A DNA stretch of 64,000 nucleotides from Leucoraja erinacea. Its lineage: Eukaryota. Of this stretch, positions 48,865 to 62,241 are shown piece after piece. The stretch's first letter is position 1. Each line of letters begins with the position of its first letter. Both the position numbers and the translations under genes were made by a program. The notes beneath the pieces are model-generated. The model saw nothing but the letters and a program-made list of their open reading frames with translations. It was not told the DNA's origin and ran no database searches. The stretch lies in NCBI RefSeq assembly GCF_028641065.1, contig NC_073388.1:24056001-24120000 (forward strand). The letters are read 5' to 3'.

Positions 48865-50610
48865 TCAATGTAACTGAAGGCTGATAAATCCCCAGGGCCT
48901 GTTGATTTGCATCCTAGGGTACTTAAGAAGATGGCTCTAGAAATTGTGGATGCATTGGTGATATTTTTTTCCAATGTTCTATAGATTCAGGATCAGTTCC
49001 TGTGGATTGGAGGGTAGCTAATGAGAGAGAGAGAAAACAGGGACTTATAGACCAGTTAGCCTGACATCGGTGGTGGGGAAGATGCTGGAGTCGATTATAA
49101 AAGATGAAATAGCGGCACACTTGGATAGCAGTAACAGGATCGGTCCGAGTCAGAATGGATTTACGAAGGGGAAATCATGCTTGACTAATCTTCTGGTTTT
49201 TTTTTTGTGGATGTAAAAGGAGAGCAAGTGGATGTAGTGTACCTGGAGTTTCAGAAGGCCTTTGATAAGGTCCCACTTGGGAGATTAGTGGGGCAAAATT
49301 AGAATGCATGGTATTGGGGGTAGGGTACTGACATGGATAGAAAATTGGTTGGCAGACAAGAAACAAAGAGTAGGGATTAACAGGTCCCTTTCAGAATGGC
49401 AGGCAGTGACTAGTGGGGTACTGCAAGGCTCGGTGCTGGGACCGCAGCAATTTACAATATACATCAATGATTTGGATGAAGGGATTCAAAGTAACATTAG
49501 CAAATTTGCAGATGACACAAAGCTGGGTGGCAGTGTGAACTGTGAGGAGGATGCTATGAGGATGTAGGGTGACTTGGACAGGTTGGGTGAGTGGGCAGAT
49601 GCAGTTTAATGTAGATAAATGTAAGGTTACCCACTTTGGTGGCAAGAACAGGAAGGCATATTATCTGAATGGTGTCAAGTTAGGAAAAGGGGAAGTACAA
49701 TGAGATCTGGGTGTCTTTGTACATCAGTCACTGAAAGTAAGCATGCAGGTACAACAGGCAGTGAAGAAAGCTAATGTCATGTTGGCCTTCAAAACAAGAG
49801 GGGTTGAGTATAGGAGCAAAGCGGTCCTTCTGCAGTTGTACAGAGCCCTAGTGAGACCACATCTGGAGTATTGTGTGCAGTTTTGGTCTAAAATCTGAAT
49901 CTGAATCTTGCTATTGACGGAGTGCAGCGTAGGTTCACGGGGTTAACTCCCGGGATGGCTGGACTGTCATATGTTGAAAGAATGGAGCTTGTATACACTG
50001 GAATTTAAAAGGATGAAAGGGGATCATGTGACTATTAAGGGATTGGACATGCTAGAGGCAGGAAACATGATCCCGATGTTGGGGGATGCAGAAACAGAGG
50101 CCACAGTTTAAGAATAAAAGGTAGGCCATTTAGAATGGAGATGAGGAAAAAAATTTCACCCAGAGAGTTGTGAATCTGTGGAATAGATCTGTAGATAGAG
50201 CTCTTAAAGATACTGGCGTTTATAAGGTTCAGGGGGGACCTCATTAAAATGTACAGAATAATGAAAGGCATAGAGTGGATGTGGAAAGGATGTTTCCACT
50301 GATGGGGGCATCTAGGACCAGAGGTCATAACCTCAGAATTCAAGAGTGCTCTTTTAGAAAGGAGGTAAGGAGGAACTTCTTTAGTCAGAGGGTAGTTAAT
50401 CTGTGGAACTCATTGCCACAGAGGAAAGTGGAGGCCAAGATGGTGGATATTTTTAAGGCAGAGATAGACAAATTCTTGATTAGAACGGGTGTCAAGGGTT
50501 GTGGGGAGAAGGCAGGAAAATGGGATTAGGAGGCAGAGATCAGCCATGATTGAATGGCGAGTAGACTCAATGGGCCGAATGGCCTAATTCTACTATAACA
50601 TGTGAAATGA
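48865..50610 (+). mobile_element. CR1 LINE RT region and 3' end, decayed
   Basis: DKSPGP, YRPVSLTSVVGK, SGVLQGSVLGP, SKFADDTKLGG, FFSQRVVNLWNSLP. Confidence 0.9.
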
Positions 50611-50830
50611 AGCTTGCATTTTCTTTGCCTTCAGGTGCTATACGGTACCACTACAATCAGCAAGGAACTTTAACATTTATAAATTCTGCAAGACAGTGAA
50701 AAGGAAATAGTTATACAAAAAACAATTGGGAAACAAGTCTATCCATGGTCGATCAAGAGATGGTACATTGTGTTCCAGGTGGATTGGGGTTGGACAGGTC
50801 AGTTCAATAACCTGATAGCTAACCTGATAG

Positions 50831-50872
50831 GGGTTCAGGAACAGCTATAGGAATATAGCTGTTCCTGAACCC
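50831..50872. repeat. Perfect 19-bp inverted repeat with GGAA loop
   Basis: gggttcaggaacagctata-ggaa-tatagctgttcctgaaccc. Confidence 0.9.
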
Positions 50873-51564
50873 AGTTCTTCAGTTCTGTCTCTTTTAATAC
50901 GTGCTATGTTATGAAAGCATAAATGAAGTGTGTGCGGGGACTTTTGAAAGTAATAAATGGAGCATGGCAAAGATTGGAGAGCATGTTCCTGTGGTGACTA
51001 ATATTAGCTGAAGATTCTGCTCCCCTTCTAGAACAAGGGAGAGTGCGAATACAAGTAGACCAAAGATTGAAAAAAGTGGAGGATGCAACTCTTGCAATCT
51101 TGAAAAAATAACTTGGCATTGAATGATCAGAATTAATTTTGGCATGGTTTTCTATATGGACTCTAGCAATAGGTTTCAATATTTATTGGTGATTAATTCA
51201 TTTGCATTAAAAACATGTAAACTAAAATTATTATTATTGTCTTCTGAACTATGCATCGGAAAATAAACGTGTGTTCATGCACAAAGGAAATAAAGGCATT
51301 AGTGTATGGAACATTAAACTATACATTTATTTTAAACAACTATGTTCTTGGTTTATACAAATATAGATGCTGTCATCTGTTGCCGAAACATTTTTGTGGC
51401 TACTTTGCTTGTGTGGCTGGTAGATCCAACTCAAATTTCCTTTTTGTGAAAATAAACTGTTCTTGGCTAATTTTCATGTCATTTTTTGATAACGTTTTGT
51501 TATGCTGGGGAATTGTTGGGCACTCGTGTATTAAAACATACTACTCTTGTAAATAATTGGATAT

Positions 51565-52565
51565 CTAAGCATAATTTCCACAGATGTGCAGTGGAAAGCA
51601 TTTTATCGGGATGCATCATCCCTTCCTTCGGGGGGGATGCAACCTTTCCTGCCGTATCCCCGTCTCCGTGTCCGTCTGCGGTGCGACCCAACTTCCGACC
51701 CGACTTTGGAGCCTCGGAGGCTCGGCCGCGGGCCAGTGGACGACATCATCGGGAGCTCGAGTTCTGTTTTCCGGAGCTCCCGCAACTACAGCTGCGTCCG
51801 CTGGACTGGAGGACGGCAGCTTCGACCGCCCCAGGCCGCGGAGTTTGAACCGGCCCGTTTGCGGAGCACGGATTCAGCCGCGGGACTTACCTACCATCAC
51901 CCGGCGGGGTCACAACATCGGAGGCTTGGATTGCCTCAGCGCAGAGGGAGAGCAAGGAGGGAAGAGACAATGACTTTGGGACTTTAAACTGTGTTGAGTG
52001 TTTGTTATTTATTCTATGTTATGACTGCAGGCTAAACCATTTTGTTGCACTGAAAAGTGCAATGACAATAAATTGAATCAAATCAAATAGCATGGTTTGA
52101 GAACAGCTCATCCAAGACTGCTTGAAATTGCAGATAATTGTGGAAGCAACCCAGGCCATCATACAAACCAACGTCGCTTCCATTGATTCCATTTACACCA
52201 TGTTGCCTCTGAAAGGCCACCCGCATAATTAAGGATGAATCTCAGCCGAGACACTCCCTTTTCTCCCCTCTCCAAATTGGTCCAATTAGGCAAGAGGTAC
52301 AGAGTGTGAAAATGCATACCTCCAAATTTAGGGGCAATTTCTTCATAGTTATCAACTGAATTGTACTCTCACCAGCTAGGGTGCGGGCCTAACCTCCCAT
52401 CAACCTCATTGGAGATCTTTGAACCATCTTTAATCAGACTTCATTTTGCACTAAATGATATACCCCTTATCCTGCACCTGTACACTCTGAACAGCTTCAT
52501 TGTAATCATGCATAGTCTTGATGTTCATTGTACCTTGGCACACATGACAATGAATGAAACTAAAA
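51565..52565 (+). mobile_element. Rex-like LINE relic interrupted by a GC-rich SINE-like element (about 51625-52088)
   Basis: NFHRCAVESILSGCI before the insert and its continuation after. The insert 3' part matches 18985-19180 and ends aataaa...(aatca)n. Confidence 0.65.
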
Positions 52566-52667
52566 AAAGCAAAGGAGAAGCTGGTTTCCTTCAAGTGCAA
52601 AATTATCCCTTACGGCCTAAGCTGCAGACCTTTGGAAAATGTTGGTAATGCAATCTTAAATACACTT

Positions 52668-53222
52668 AGAGTCATTGAGTGATACAGGGAAACAGGCCTC
52701 TCGGCCCAACTTGCCCACACCGGCCAACATGTCCAGCTACACTGTCCACCTGCCTGCGCCTGGTCCATATCCCTCCAAACCTGTCCTATCCATGTACCTG
52801 TCTAACTGTTTCTTAAACGTTGGGATAGTCCCAGCCTCAACTACCTAATCTGGCAGCTTATTCCATACACCCACCACCCTTTGTGTGAAAAAGTTATCTC
52901 TCAGATTCCTATTAAATCTTTTCCCCTTCACCTTGAACCTATGTCCTCTGGTCCTCGAATCCCCTTCTCTGGGCAAGAGACTGTGCATCTACCCGATCTA
53001 TTCCTCTCATGATTTTATACACTTCTATAAGATCACCCCTCCTGCACTCCAAGGAATAGAGACCCAGCCTACTCAACTTCTCCCAAAAGCTCAGACCCTC
53101 TAGTCCTGGCAACATCATCATAAATCTTCTCTGAACCCTTTCAAGCTTGACAATATCTTTCCTATAACATGGTGCCCAGAACTGAACACAATATTCTAAA
53201 TAAGGTTTCACCAACGTCTTAT
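52668..53222 (-). mobile_element. CR1 LINE 3' fragment
   Basis: LEYCVQFWAPCYRKDIVKLERVQRRF...GDLIEVYKIMRG. Confidence 0.9.
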
Positions 53223-54405
53223 ATTTGATGAAGATTTATGTAAACCACAGCACAAAAGGGGAATTGAGAGCGCTGCTGGTTAAGTCTCCCTTATTGAGGT
53301 ATGCTTGAGAGCTGGTTGAAGCCTAGTGCTGAGAATCAAACCCAACAATATGTTGCTTCAGCAATATGTTTTCAGACTTTTTTCTGAAATCTAATTATAT
53401 AAAAGGCAGGCTTACATTAGTGTGTGATGTCATTCAAACCCTCAAATAATTGAAAGACTGTTTAGTTGCACCAAAAAGCATCAATTTATACGCAGCAATT
53501 CCATGAACAGATTTGTTGATCAGATTATCTGTTTAAGTAATACTGTGAATCTGAAAGTAAATCCTGGCAAAGACTGAAAATAAAAATCTGTCACAAAATG
53601 AGGGTTTCAATCTGACTATGCAATAAACTGCACACTTAACCATTCAAAGCAAATATTTAATCAGCTTAGCAAAATTGTTTCAAACAATACAAATCCAATT
53701 TCTTCCTGAAAACATTTATTTTCGCTCTAGTCTCTTGAGGAGAAAAAAATGTTTTGTATTTGAATGCTGAATGACTGAAAGCTGGTCATCATGGTACATT
53801 CATAGATGTCAGCTGCAAATGAGCCTTCTTTAATTGACATTTTTCATGTGACTGTTTCATGTTTAAATTTTACATTACTGTATTACTTCAATACAAGCAG
53901 CAGCCCAAAAAATCTAAGATATCCTTTAGAAATGTTCTTTTGACTTAGTTCTTACGGTTGTGAAGAAAATATGCGAAGAAAGAAGGCCATTTACTTCCAA
54001 TACCTTATACTGGCATTTAATAAAGATGAAAGATATTCTGTGACATGAGTTTATCTAATCACCCTTGTGTTCCTTTTGACTTCAAAAGGATGTGACGACC
54101 AAAATTAGTCATGGCTGTGGCAGAATTCAAACTATTGTATACTAACATGAACTTTCCTTAATGACCTGGTATGAATTTTAGCCTGTCACTTGTTCGTACA
54201 CTTTCAAACCAATGGGATTAGTTTACCTATACACCCTATAATATTTGAATAAATCATCCCTCGAGCACCTATGTTTTGTGGTCTATTTTAGAAAACCTGT
54301 TAATTAACATGCTAATGCCAGTGTACTTTTTGAATAGTAAATTTCAAATTCTAATGCAAGATACGTTTTTTTTCCCTTTCTACAATCTCATCCCCACCTC
54401 AGAAA

Positions 54406-54589
54406 ATGTATTTGAACCGCTTACTACGTTTTGGTGTCGGTGTACAGCATTTGAAGACAGATGTTCAAGGAATGAGGCAATGGCATTGTCGCATAAAACA
54501 GCTTTTACCTGCAGTAAACACACTACGGTGTCAACATGGTGCTCCAGATTCTATGAACTGTTCGTGGTTGATTCATGACAATCACTTGG
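54406..54589 (+). CDS. TMLHE: Trimethyllysine dioxygenase, first coding exon (mitochondrial presequence-like)
   Basis: Acceptor ctcag|54403; ATG 54406; ends SMNCSWLIHDNHL (human SLTCAWQQHEDHF); phase 1 donor g|gtaagg. Confidence 0.85.
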
Positions 54590-55194
54590 GTAAGGTGATA
54601 AGATCCTCACTTATTTCAAATTGTTTAAAAGAAAAAGTATGGATTTTCATTAACCCTACGTTTTTTTTCAAAATGCCACATTTGGAAATGCAGTTCCATC
54701 TTGCGGTCTAACAATTCCATTTATTTTGTTCTGTTCCTTTGTTCTTTTTACAGAACTCTAAAAATTAATTTCCGTTTTTAAAAACCCCAATTTAATTATG
54801 TTTCTTCCAGATAGTGAGTTCCAGACCATCGCCACTGCATTTTGTTTTTGGGAGGAAAGTGGAATGATCCCATGCAGTACTATCCTTTTCCTATCTCTCA
54901 TAACTGCCATTAGGTTTTTTTTTTTAACCTGGCTACTTTTCCTTTCCACCCCCTTACCTTCTCACCAGGTTTTACTTGTCAATCCTTGTTCAACTTCACT
55001 ATGGCCAGATCAATCATGGTACTTTCCATTGAATTACTCACACCAATTACATTCCACATTTAGATTGCTCATTACACAAGCCCATTATTATTCTAAACTG
55101 TGTGACGCAATGATTCCCGTTCTCAAAGTAGGCCCTCTGACATTTGGTCCACCTCCATCCAATGTCACATTTGTGTTCCCCCTATGATCATACA

Positions 55195-55405
55195 TGTTTC
55201 CTCCAGGTATTCTAGTTTTACCGAACAGCCCAAAGATGTGTGGGTCGGTAGATCAATTGGCCAAAGTTAATTACCTGTGGGAAGTAAAGAATAAAATCTA
55301 AGGGGTAAAGGATGAGAAAATAAAATTGGTGTGGGTAGGATTGGTATAAAAGTTGCAGTGTACAGTTAGCATGGGCAGAAGGGCCTATTTCTATGCTGTG
55401 ACTCC
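55195..55405 (+). mobile_element. HE1-like SINE fragment
   Basis: tttcctccagg...ccaaagatgtgtggg...aagggcctatttctatgctgtgact. Confidence 0.5.
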
Positions 55406-56781
55406 ATGACATTAGATTCTGCTTGACCTGAATTTTCCCTGCATTTTCTGTTTTAATTCTTACGTGATTGTTCTTCTGCCGCAACACACTAGTATCCATC
55501 TCTCTGAAAATTTCGTAACAATGATCCTCAACTGATCCCTGGCAGGACACTTCACGGCACCAGAACTGATTTCAGTTCACCAACAAAAAAGCCATGCTTG
55601 TGCACCATGTTTCTAGCTGCACATCAATTAGCCTTGCCTTTGCATTTCTACATACCATCACTGGTCTCTAGTTACTGAAGCCTGAGAATAGGATCTCAAA
55701 CTCCTGTTCCCTGTATGTCACTGATATATGACATCACATTCCACCACCTTGCACCAAACACCACACAGTAGAAATTAACATGTTCCATGTTAAATTATTT
55801 TGATCTGCGTCCTAAATTTCAATGATATAATTGGCGATCTATGCAAAGGTCTGAGAGTATCCGACCTTATGAGCTAGTGTGTGTGATAACGTCAATTGCT
55901 AGGACTGACATATTTTCTGGCCCAACATGCAGTGGAAACTCTAGGTTGTAGATGTCCTATTCATCTTCAATTTTAGAGCCTTACAGTACAGACACAGGAC
56001 CTTTGGTCCCTATCTATACTAATCCCATTTACCAGCTTCCTTGTCCAAATGCTTCCTTGGCAATTTGAGTATTTGATCCAGATACTATTTAATTGGTGTG
56101 AGAGTGCCGATCAATATCATCCAGCCATACAGTGTGTTTCAGATATCAACCGCCGTCAGGTTTGAGACGCCCTCTAAATCTCCTACCCGTTGACCTAAAC
56201 CTATACCTTCTAGTTTTAGACTGGTTGGAATCTGGAATGCACTTCCTGAGTGGAACTCTTGCTATATTAACTTAGTATTTGGATGGGCACTCTAGAGAAA
56301 AAGTTTGCTATTATCCAGCCTACCTGTGCTTCTCATAACTTTGTACAACTCGATTAGTTCCCGCCCTCGGCTTTCTTCCTTCATTCCAAGAAGAACAAAG
56401 CCAGCCAATCCAATCTCTTCTCACTGAAACACTGCTTCCTGGGAACATCATGGCTGTGATAGAGTTCAAACTATTGTGTAGTATTTTCCAAACATCAACT
56501 GGTGGATCTTCCCTGCACCCTCTCCAGTGCAGTCATATCCTTCCTAAAGTGTTGTTCCATTATATTATGTACAAACTGAAGGTAACATCATTACGTTGCC
56601 GAATTAGTTAATTTTAGTTTATTAGTACACAAATTCATAAATGGCTCCAAAGATCCTTTTTTTAAAATGCAGAACTTGTTGGTCAGTGCCAATTTTCGGA
56701 CCTGTTTGGATATAAAGTCTGCATAGGAAATGTTTGATAGGAATTCAATGGTGATGGTTCCAAATTCCTCGCCATTGTTCC

Positions 56782-56809
56782 CAAAGATCTTATAGCTATA
56801 AGATCTTTG
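56782..56809. mobile_element. 28-bp palindromic TIR-only DNA-transposon remnant with 8-bp TSD
   Basis: caaagatcttatag|ctataagatctttg flanked by attgttcc at 56774-81 and 56810-17. Confidence 0.75.
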
Positions 56810-57271
56810 ATTGTTCCAGTATTAACTAATAAATCTTTACATCTTTCCTATTCTTACCACTTTGAAGAGGTAATTGCACGTATTTGTTTACTGAATGAAC
56901 TCCCATTTTCCATGTTCCTAAACCCCATTTTACTTTCTGAAAAAGCAAAGAGAATAATTATTTAGTTTCATGATGGATACAGGCTCAGTGTGGCAAGACC
57001 AAGTGTGTGGAAACTATCTTATAACACTAAAGTCTTGCTTTAATTGTGAAGTGAAGCAAATGTGCACAACAATGACTTATTCACTTTGGATAATTCCTGA
57101 TGCTTAGATGTTCCAAATCTTCATTTGTAGTTACTAACAAATGTTTTCTTGTACTTCTGTTTAGCCTCTTCCCCCTCTCTCCCCTAGAATATCTGTATTT
57201 GTTTAACTGATATCTGAATATGTCTGGTGCAGACAGGTTATTGAAGGCAAACCCTATCGTTACTATTCCAG

Positions 57272-57448
57272 AATTAACGTATTCTGATTTGGTGATGCGT
57301 TTTGATTATGTTTGGCTACGGGATCATTGTCGCTCTGCATCATGTTTCAACTCAAAAACTAATCAACGGAGCTTAGATACTGCCCAAGTGGATTTGGCCA
57401 TCAAGCCAGCAAACATACGTTCAGATAATGATGCAATCTACATAACTT
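57272..57448 (+). CDS. TMLHE: TMLHE coding exon 2
   Basis: (E)LTYSDLVMRFDYVWLRDHCRSASCFNSKTNQRSLDTA...; 177 nt. Confidence 0.96.
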
Positions 57449-57632
57449 GTGAGTTGTTCTTTCAATCTACATTATAATTGTTTTCAGCTCTATTTTTCCA
57501 TTACTGGAAAGGCTTCATCCTCTCTCCGGAATGAAATAAAACTGAAATTCGTACATAATTAGTACTTTGATTTGTAATACTAGGTCTTCATGCTTTTAAC
57601 TTAATTTGGTATCTTTTCTGTCTCATTTGCAG

Positions 57633-57909
57633 GGCCAGATAATCATATGACTAAGTTTGGCTTGTCATGGTTGGCAAAACATTCTTTTGAAGGCCAGAAC
57701 CAGACTGTTCAAAAGCGCATCCTGTGGAATGCTGCTGTTTATAACAAAGCAAAAATGCCTTATGTTACTTATAATGCTGTAATGGAATCAGACAAGGAAC
57801 TAAAAACATTCTTGGAGGCCTTCCTTCTATATGGAGTCTCTTTTATTGAAGAAGTTCCTGCGAGCATTGAGGCAACAGAAGCCATAGCATTGCGTATTGG
57901 CTTGATCAG
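57633..57909 (+). CDS. TMLHE: TMLHE coding exon 3
   Basis: (W)PDNHMTKFGLSWL...RILWNA...FLLYG...RIGLI(R); 277 nt. Confidence 0.96.
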
Positions 57910-58969
57910 GTGAAGTTTTTGAAGGATTTTAATTATTTGTTGAAGTTGCCTTTGAAGATTTAAGTCCCAAGATGATCATCATACAAACAATAGCCAGTTG
58001 TGGCATATTTAATACTGTAACTCAGAAGGCATATGCAGTTGCTATAGTATTAAGTTTGGTTTTATTCCCACAATTATGTCGATATTCAGTAATATATACT
58101 ATAATAATATCTATTATGTAGATATTCCATTTGTTAATGTATGAAGACACTATTTGCTACTTGCCAAGTATTGTGGGAGAAATTAGATATGAAGTCAATA
58201 AATCACAATTTCAAGCACTTGTGAATTAGCCCTTTGAGTTATAAATTTCCACTGTTCTGCACCTTTTTTTTTAAATTCATTGTGCCCTTGCCTGTTCTTT
58301 AAAACTTTCCAAGTAAACCAACTCCACTGCTGTTTAACCATGTTCCCATTAATACACTTATGTCTTTATATGGTTTTCTTGTACATCACTTTGAATCAGA
58401 ATCTCAAATCCTTTTGTGCATTGTATCCAGATTGCATCCACTTGCTAACATTGTTTTAATTCCTTGACTTGCTGGGTCCTTTTCCCACCCTTTTCTGGAT
58501 CTGTGTCTCCAGCTTTGGGATAGTCTACCTCCAAATATCCATTTTGTGTCCAAAATTCCATAATTATAATAACTATACGTCTCTCACCATGAGTCCTGTA
58601 AGAATTCCATTCTATTCTCCCAATTCTTGTCTCTCATAACGGCTCTCCTGGCATGACTTTCTGCAGAGTTGCCTCTGAGGGGTCTTCCTTAACTGTGGCT
58701 TCCTTCTACCATAATTCCGAACCATTGACCACATCTCGTCTATTTCCTACATCTCATCACACCCCTTCAGAGCAAGGACAGGGTCTTCAGTTTGTTGCCA
58801 TCTACTCTATAATTGTCTGTATTCAACAAACTTAAAATTACTGCTGTTCTATTTTTGTTCTTTGTCATGTCCTTTATCCATAAGTATGCTCCAAATCCGA
58901 GGAATATCACCTGTTTGCCCTACTGCCCCTCTGCACCATTCTCCAACAATGGGTTTGAATACCTGAATA

Positions 58970-59142
58970 CAGTCAACCCTTGCAACAACAGAGAACAGTG
59001 GGAGGAATGGTGTCCATTATTGCTGATTGCCTGCTATAACCGAGTGTTGGGGGGTTGTGTAATGTTTAACCCAAGGCCAGGAGGGAAGAAGCGTGGCATT
59101 GGGGGGGGATAAACAAGCGTGAATTCTTACGAGGGTTTACTG
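58970..59142. mobile_element. Tigger/pogo-like MITE
   Basis: TA-cagtcaaccct...agggtttactg-TA. Confidence 0.6.
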
Positions 59143-59350
59143 TATGCACAAGCATCTTCCTGTACAAATTTTACTTGGTGGTTGGGAGAAAATATATCAC
59201 TGCCTTGCCTTTGTTTATTTTATTATTTTCCAGTTTACTTTAAGAATCATTTGAAGTTTCCGACTCCATCCTTGATTCTATAATTTACCTATGATTTTAC
59301 TTTGCAACAATAGCTTCTGACTTTTTTTAAATACAAGTTTTTCTGAATTG

Positions 59351-59519
59351 TTTAAGAAGGAACTGCAGATGCTGCAAAATCGAAGGTAGACAAAAATGCT
59401 GGAGAAACTCAGCGGGTGAGGCAGTCTGAAGAAGGGTCTCGACCCGAAACGTTGCCTATTTCCTTCGCTCCATAGATGCTGCCTCACCCGCTGAGTTTCT
59501 CCAGCATTTTTATCTACCT
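59351..59519. mobile_element. Fold-back Penelope-derived insertion, hammerhead motif in the loop, 15-bp TSD
   Basis: 41-bp inverted arms (59384-424 and 59479-519, 1 mismatch); motif 59426-59453; agtttttctgaattg at 59336-50 and 59520-34. Confidence 0.88.
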
Positions 59520-59952
59520 AGTTTTTCTGAATTGCTAATTTTCTAACCAAATGCTGTGCGGGTCCTTAAATTACACAATTCCTCGCCAGTGCTACTATAT
59601 GTTATCAATACTGCAGCTTTTCTTGTTGTGGGCACAGTATCATACTTCCCCTGGTATTTTGTGCTGGCATCTCCTCCATGCATTTCAAATCTCCCTTTGT
59701 AACAGCATTTGTTTCTCCAATCCTATTTCTAAAACCTGTTTCTTTTTTAAAAACAGATTTCTATTTCTTACTGGTTACAATAACCAGCCCTTCCCTATCC
59801 ACCTCCTGCGAAATAATTTAAACACTCCGAACAGAACTCTGAGGTGCAACTTATCCAAATGAACAAATCCCTCTCACTTCAAAATTTGGTTCTATGTATC
59901 CCTGGAATTTGAAGCTCTTTATTTTATCTATCCACACATTAATCTGTTTTTT

Positions 59953-60205
59953 GTTTAGTTTAGAGATACAGTGCGGAAACAGGCCCTTCGGCCCACCAGC
60001 GATCCCCGCACAATAACACACACTAGGGACAATTTTACACATACACCAAGCCACTTGGACTGTGGGAGGAAACCCAAAATCTCGGAGAAAAATCACGTGG
60101 GCACGGGGAGAACGTACAAACAGCACCCATAGTTGGGATCGAACCCGGATCTCTGGCGTTGCAAGTGCTGTCAGGCAGCAACTCTACCGTTGCACCACCG
60201 TAGCC
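59953..60205 (-). mobile_element. HE1-like V-SINE
   Basis: (gttta)n tail, tgtgggaggaaacc core, gggatcgaacccg B-box-like head. Confidence 0.75.
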
Positions 60206-61619
60206 ACTCCTGTGCCACCTGTTCTAACATTTATATTCCTATATACCAAATGCCACAGCATTCGGATTTCTTAAGCGTTCTTGCATGATCAAGGATGAGT
60301 TGTGACTAATTTTATGGGTTCTGAGGACACAAATGAGGCAATTTTGGAACCACTGACTTCTAAAGATGTGGCAGGATGGGTGGGTGATTTGTAAGATTAT
60401 CTCCCCCTTCAGACAATGGTCCTAATACTAGGCATCCCATTTCTTTATCATCCTGAATGCTCCTCCTTTGCTTTGAGCTGCTGTGAACCAGACTCCCAGA
60501 AAATGATAGGATTGTTGAATTTATTTAAGAAAGCCTTAAGCACATCCTTGAAACTTGTCCCCACACACCTGATAATGTGATCCCATGTACAATGTTTACA
60601 TATTCTATTGTGCTGCTGCAAGTAAGAATTTCATTGTTCTTTCTGGGACGTATGGCCATAAAACACTCTTTGTGTACACTTGTCACTGGGGAAGCAACAC
60701 ATCAGATACAGAAGGGTGCTTATCTTTCTGACTTGGATTCCCTGAGACAACTACAATTACAAAACTATATTTCTACACTTTACAGTTCAGTCACTTGACC
60801 TGCTATGCTGTGTATACTTTTTAGATTACTTTCATTGCAAGGTCCAATTGCCCTTGAAGGAATGTTAAGATTGTTTGTGGGTCATAATGTTGAAGGATTC
60901 CTACACCCTGCTTCTTCGTAATCTATTTGTCAGAAGGGTCTGTTTCTGTACTGTATGACCGACTCCAAGGTTCTAATATTGGATGGCCACAGAGATACAA
61001 ACCTAATGTACTTTTTTCATATTGAGCGCTATCTGAAACAAGAAATTCTCAGACCTGCAATGACTCGAGCTGTTTCGCACTGCAAAATTTGAATTTGAGT
61101 AATTGGAAGCACAGCCTGTAAACGTGGTTAACTAGGAAATGTTGATGAATCATTGTATTCTGATATGACTCAAATTGCATGAAGTAAGACTTGGCTGCAC
61201 AATTATTTTTTGAATACCATTTGCTTTAATTATTTACATGATGTAAATATCTCCAGCTACTAATTTTTTTTCTCTGTGGCCTCATTATGTTGTTGGACTA
61301 CTTCTCTTTTCTTTTAATATATTATTTGCTCTCTGGCCTATAGACTGAACCAAACTGCCTGATGGAGCCGGGGAGGAGTTGCACAATCAGGCAGAGGGGA
61401 AATCGTGAAGCAGGTAGCAAAATAAAAAGTGCTGGGTCATTGATCTCAAACAATTATAATGCATCGTGGGTATTTCCAGCAATTCATGCCTTTTAGTGCA
61501 AGCGTTAGAAAATTGAAATATTTTTATTTTGTAGTTCTTGCAATTTAAAAAGGTACATTAACTTAATTTTCCTTTGGATGTTTTGAGGATGGTTTTAAGT
61601 TTTAACTTTGTTGCTCTAG

Positions 61620-61739
61620 GGAGTCCATTTATGGCCGAATGTGGGATTTTACTTCCGACTTCTCGCGTGGTGATACCGCTTACACAAAAGTGGCACTTGA
61701 TCGGCATATAGATACAACTTACTTTCAGGAACCTTGTGG
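61620..61739 (+). CDS. TMLHE: TMLHE coding exon 4 (Fe-binding HxD)
   Basis: (R)ESIYGRMWDFTSDFSRGDTAYTKVALDRHIDTTYFQEPC(G); 120 nt. Confidence 0.96.
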
Positions 61740-62060
61740 GTATGTGTATTACTAGATAGGTTGTAACATTTAGAGATGCTCTCCATTCATTGCTCACTAT
61801 TCTGCTATGATTTGAGGTAGATGATTTGGTAGGTTTTTTTTCAGTTATTAATCTAACCATTAATGTTCCTATAGATCTTCATTTATTCCCTCAAGACAAA
61901 CTGGGTATATTTTAAATATGATTCCTCTCTGTACTTTACTGATCTTGAATGGTTTTCAAGAGTAGAAAAGTAAAATAAATATATCCAGCATTTGGACATC
62001 CTGATCGTTTCATAGTGAGTTTGTTAAAAAAATTTGAGACACTTAATTGTTGAATACTAT

Positions 62061-62241
62061 TCAAGATTCTTTGTCAGGGTTTGCCATATAATAAATAATT
62101 GGAGAACATGTCATGGGAAATGTATACTCTTTAACGAATAAAGGTTAACGGGTCAAGATTCTTTGTCAGAGTTTGCCGTATAATAAATAATTGGAGAACA
62201 ACATGTCATGGGAAATGTATACTCTCTAACAAATAAAGGTT
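62061..62241. repeat. Two-copy tandem duplication, period 92 bp
   Basis: tcaagattctttgtcag...aataaaggtt at 62061 and 62153. Confidence 0.9.

Noticed and set aside
51486-51987. Several 120-133 aa ORFs in a GC-rich block
   Set aside because: They lie in a SINE-like insert partly repeated at 18985-19180.
60120-60205. tRNA gene
   Set aside because: Only the tRNA-derived head of an HE1-like SINE; no complete cloverleaf.
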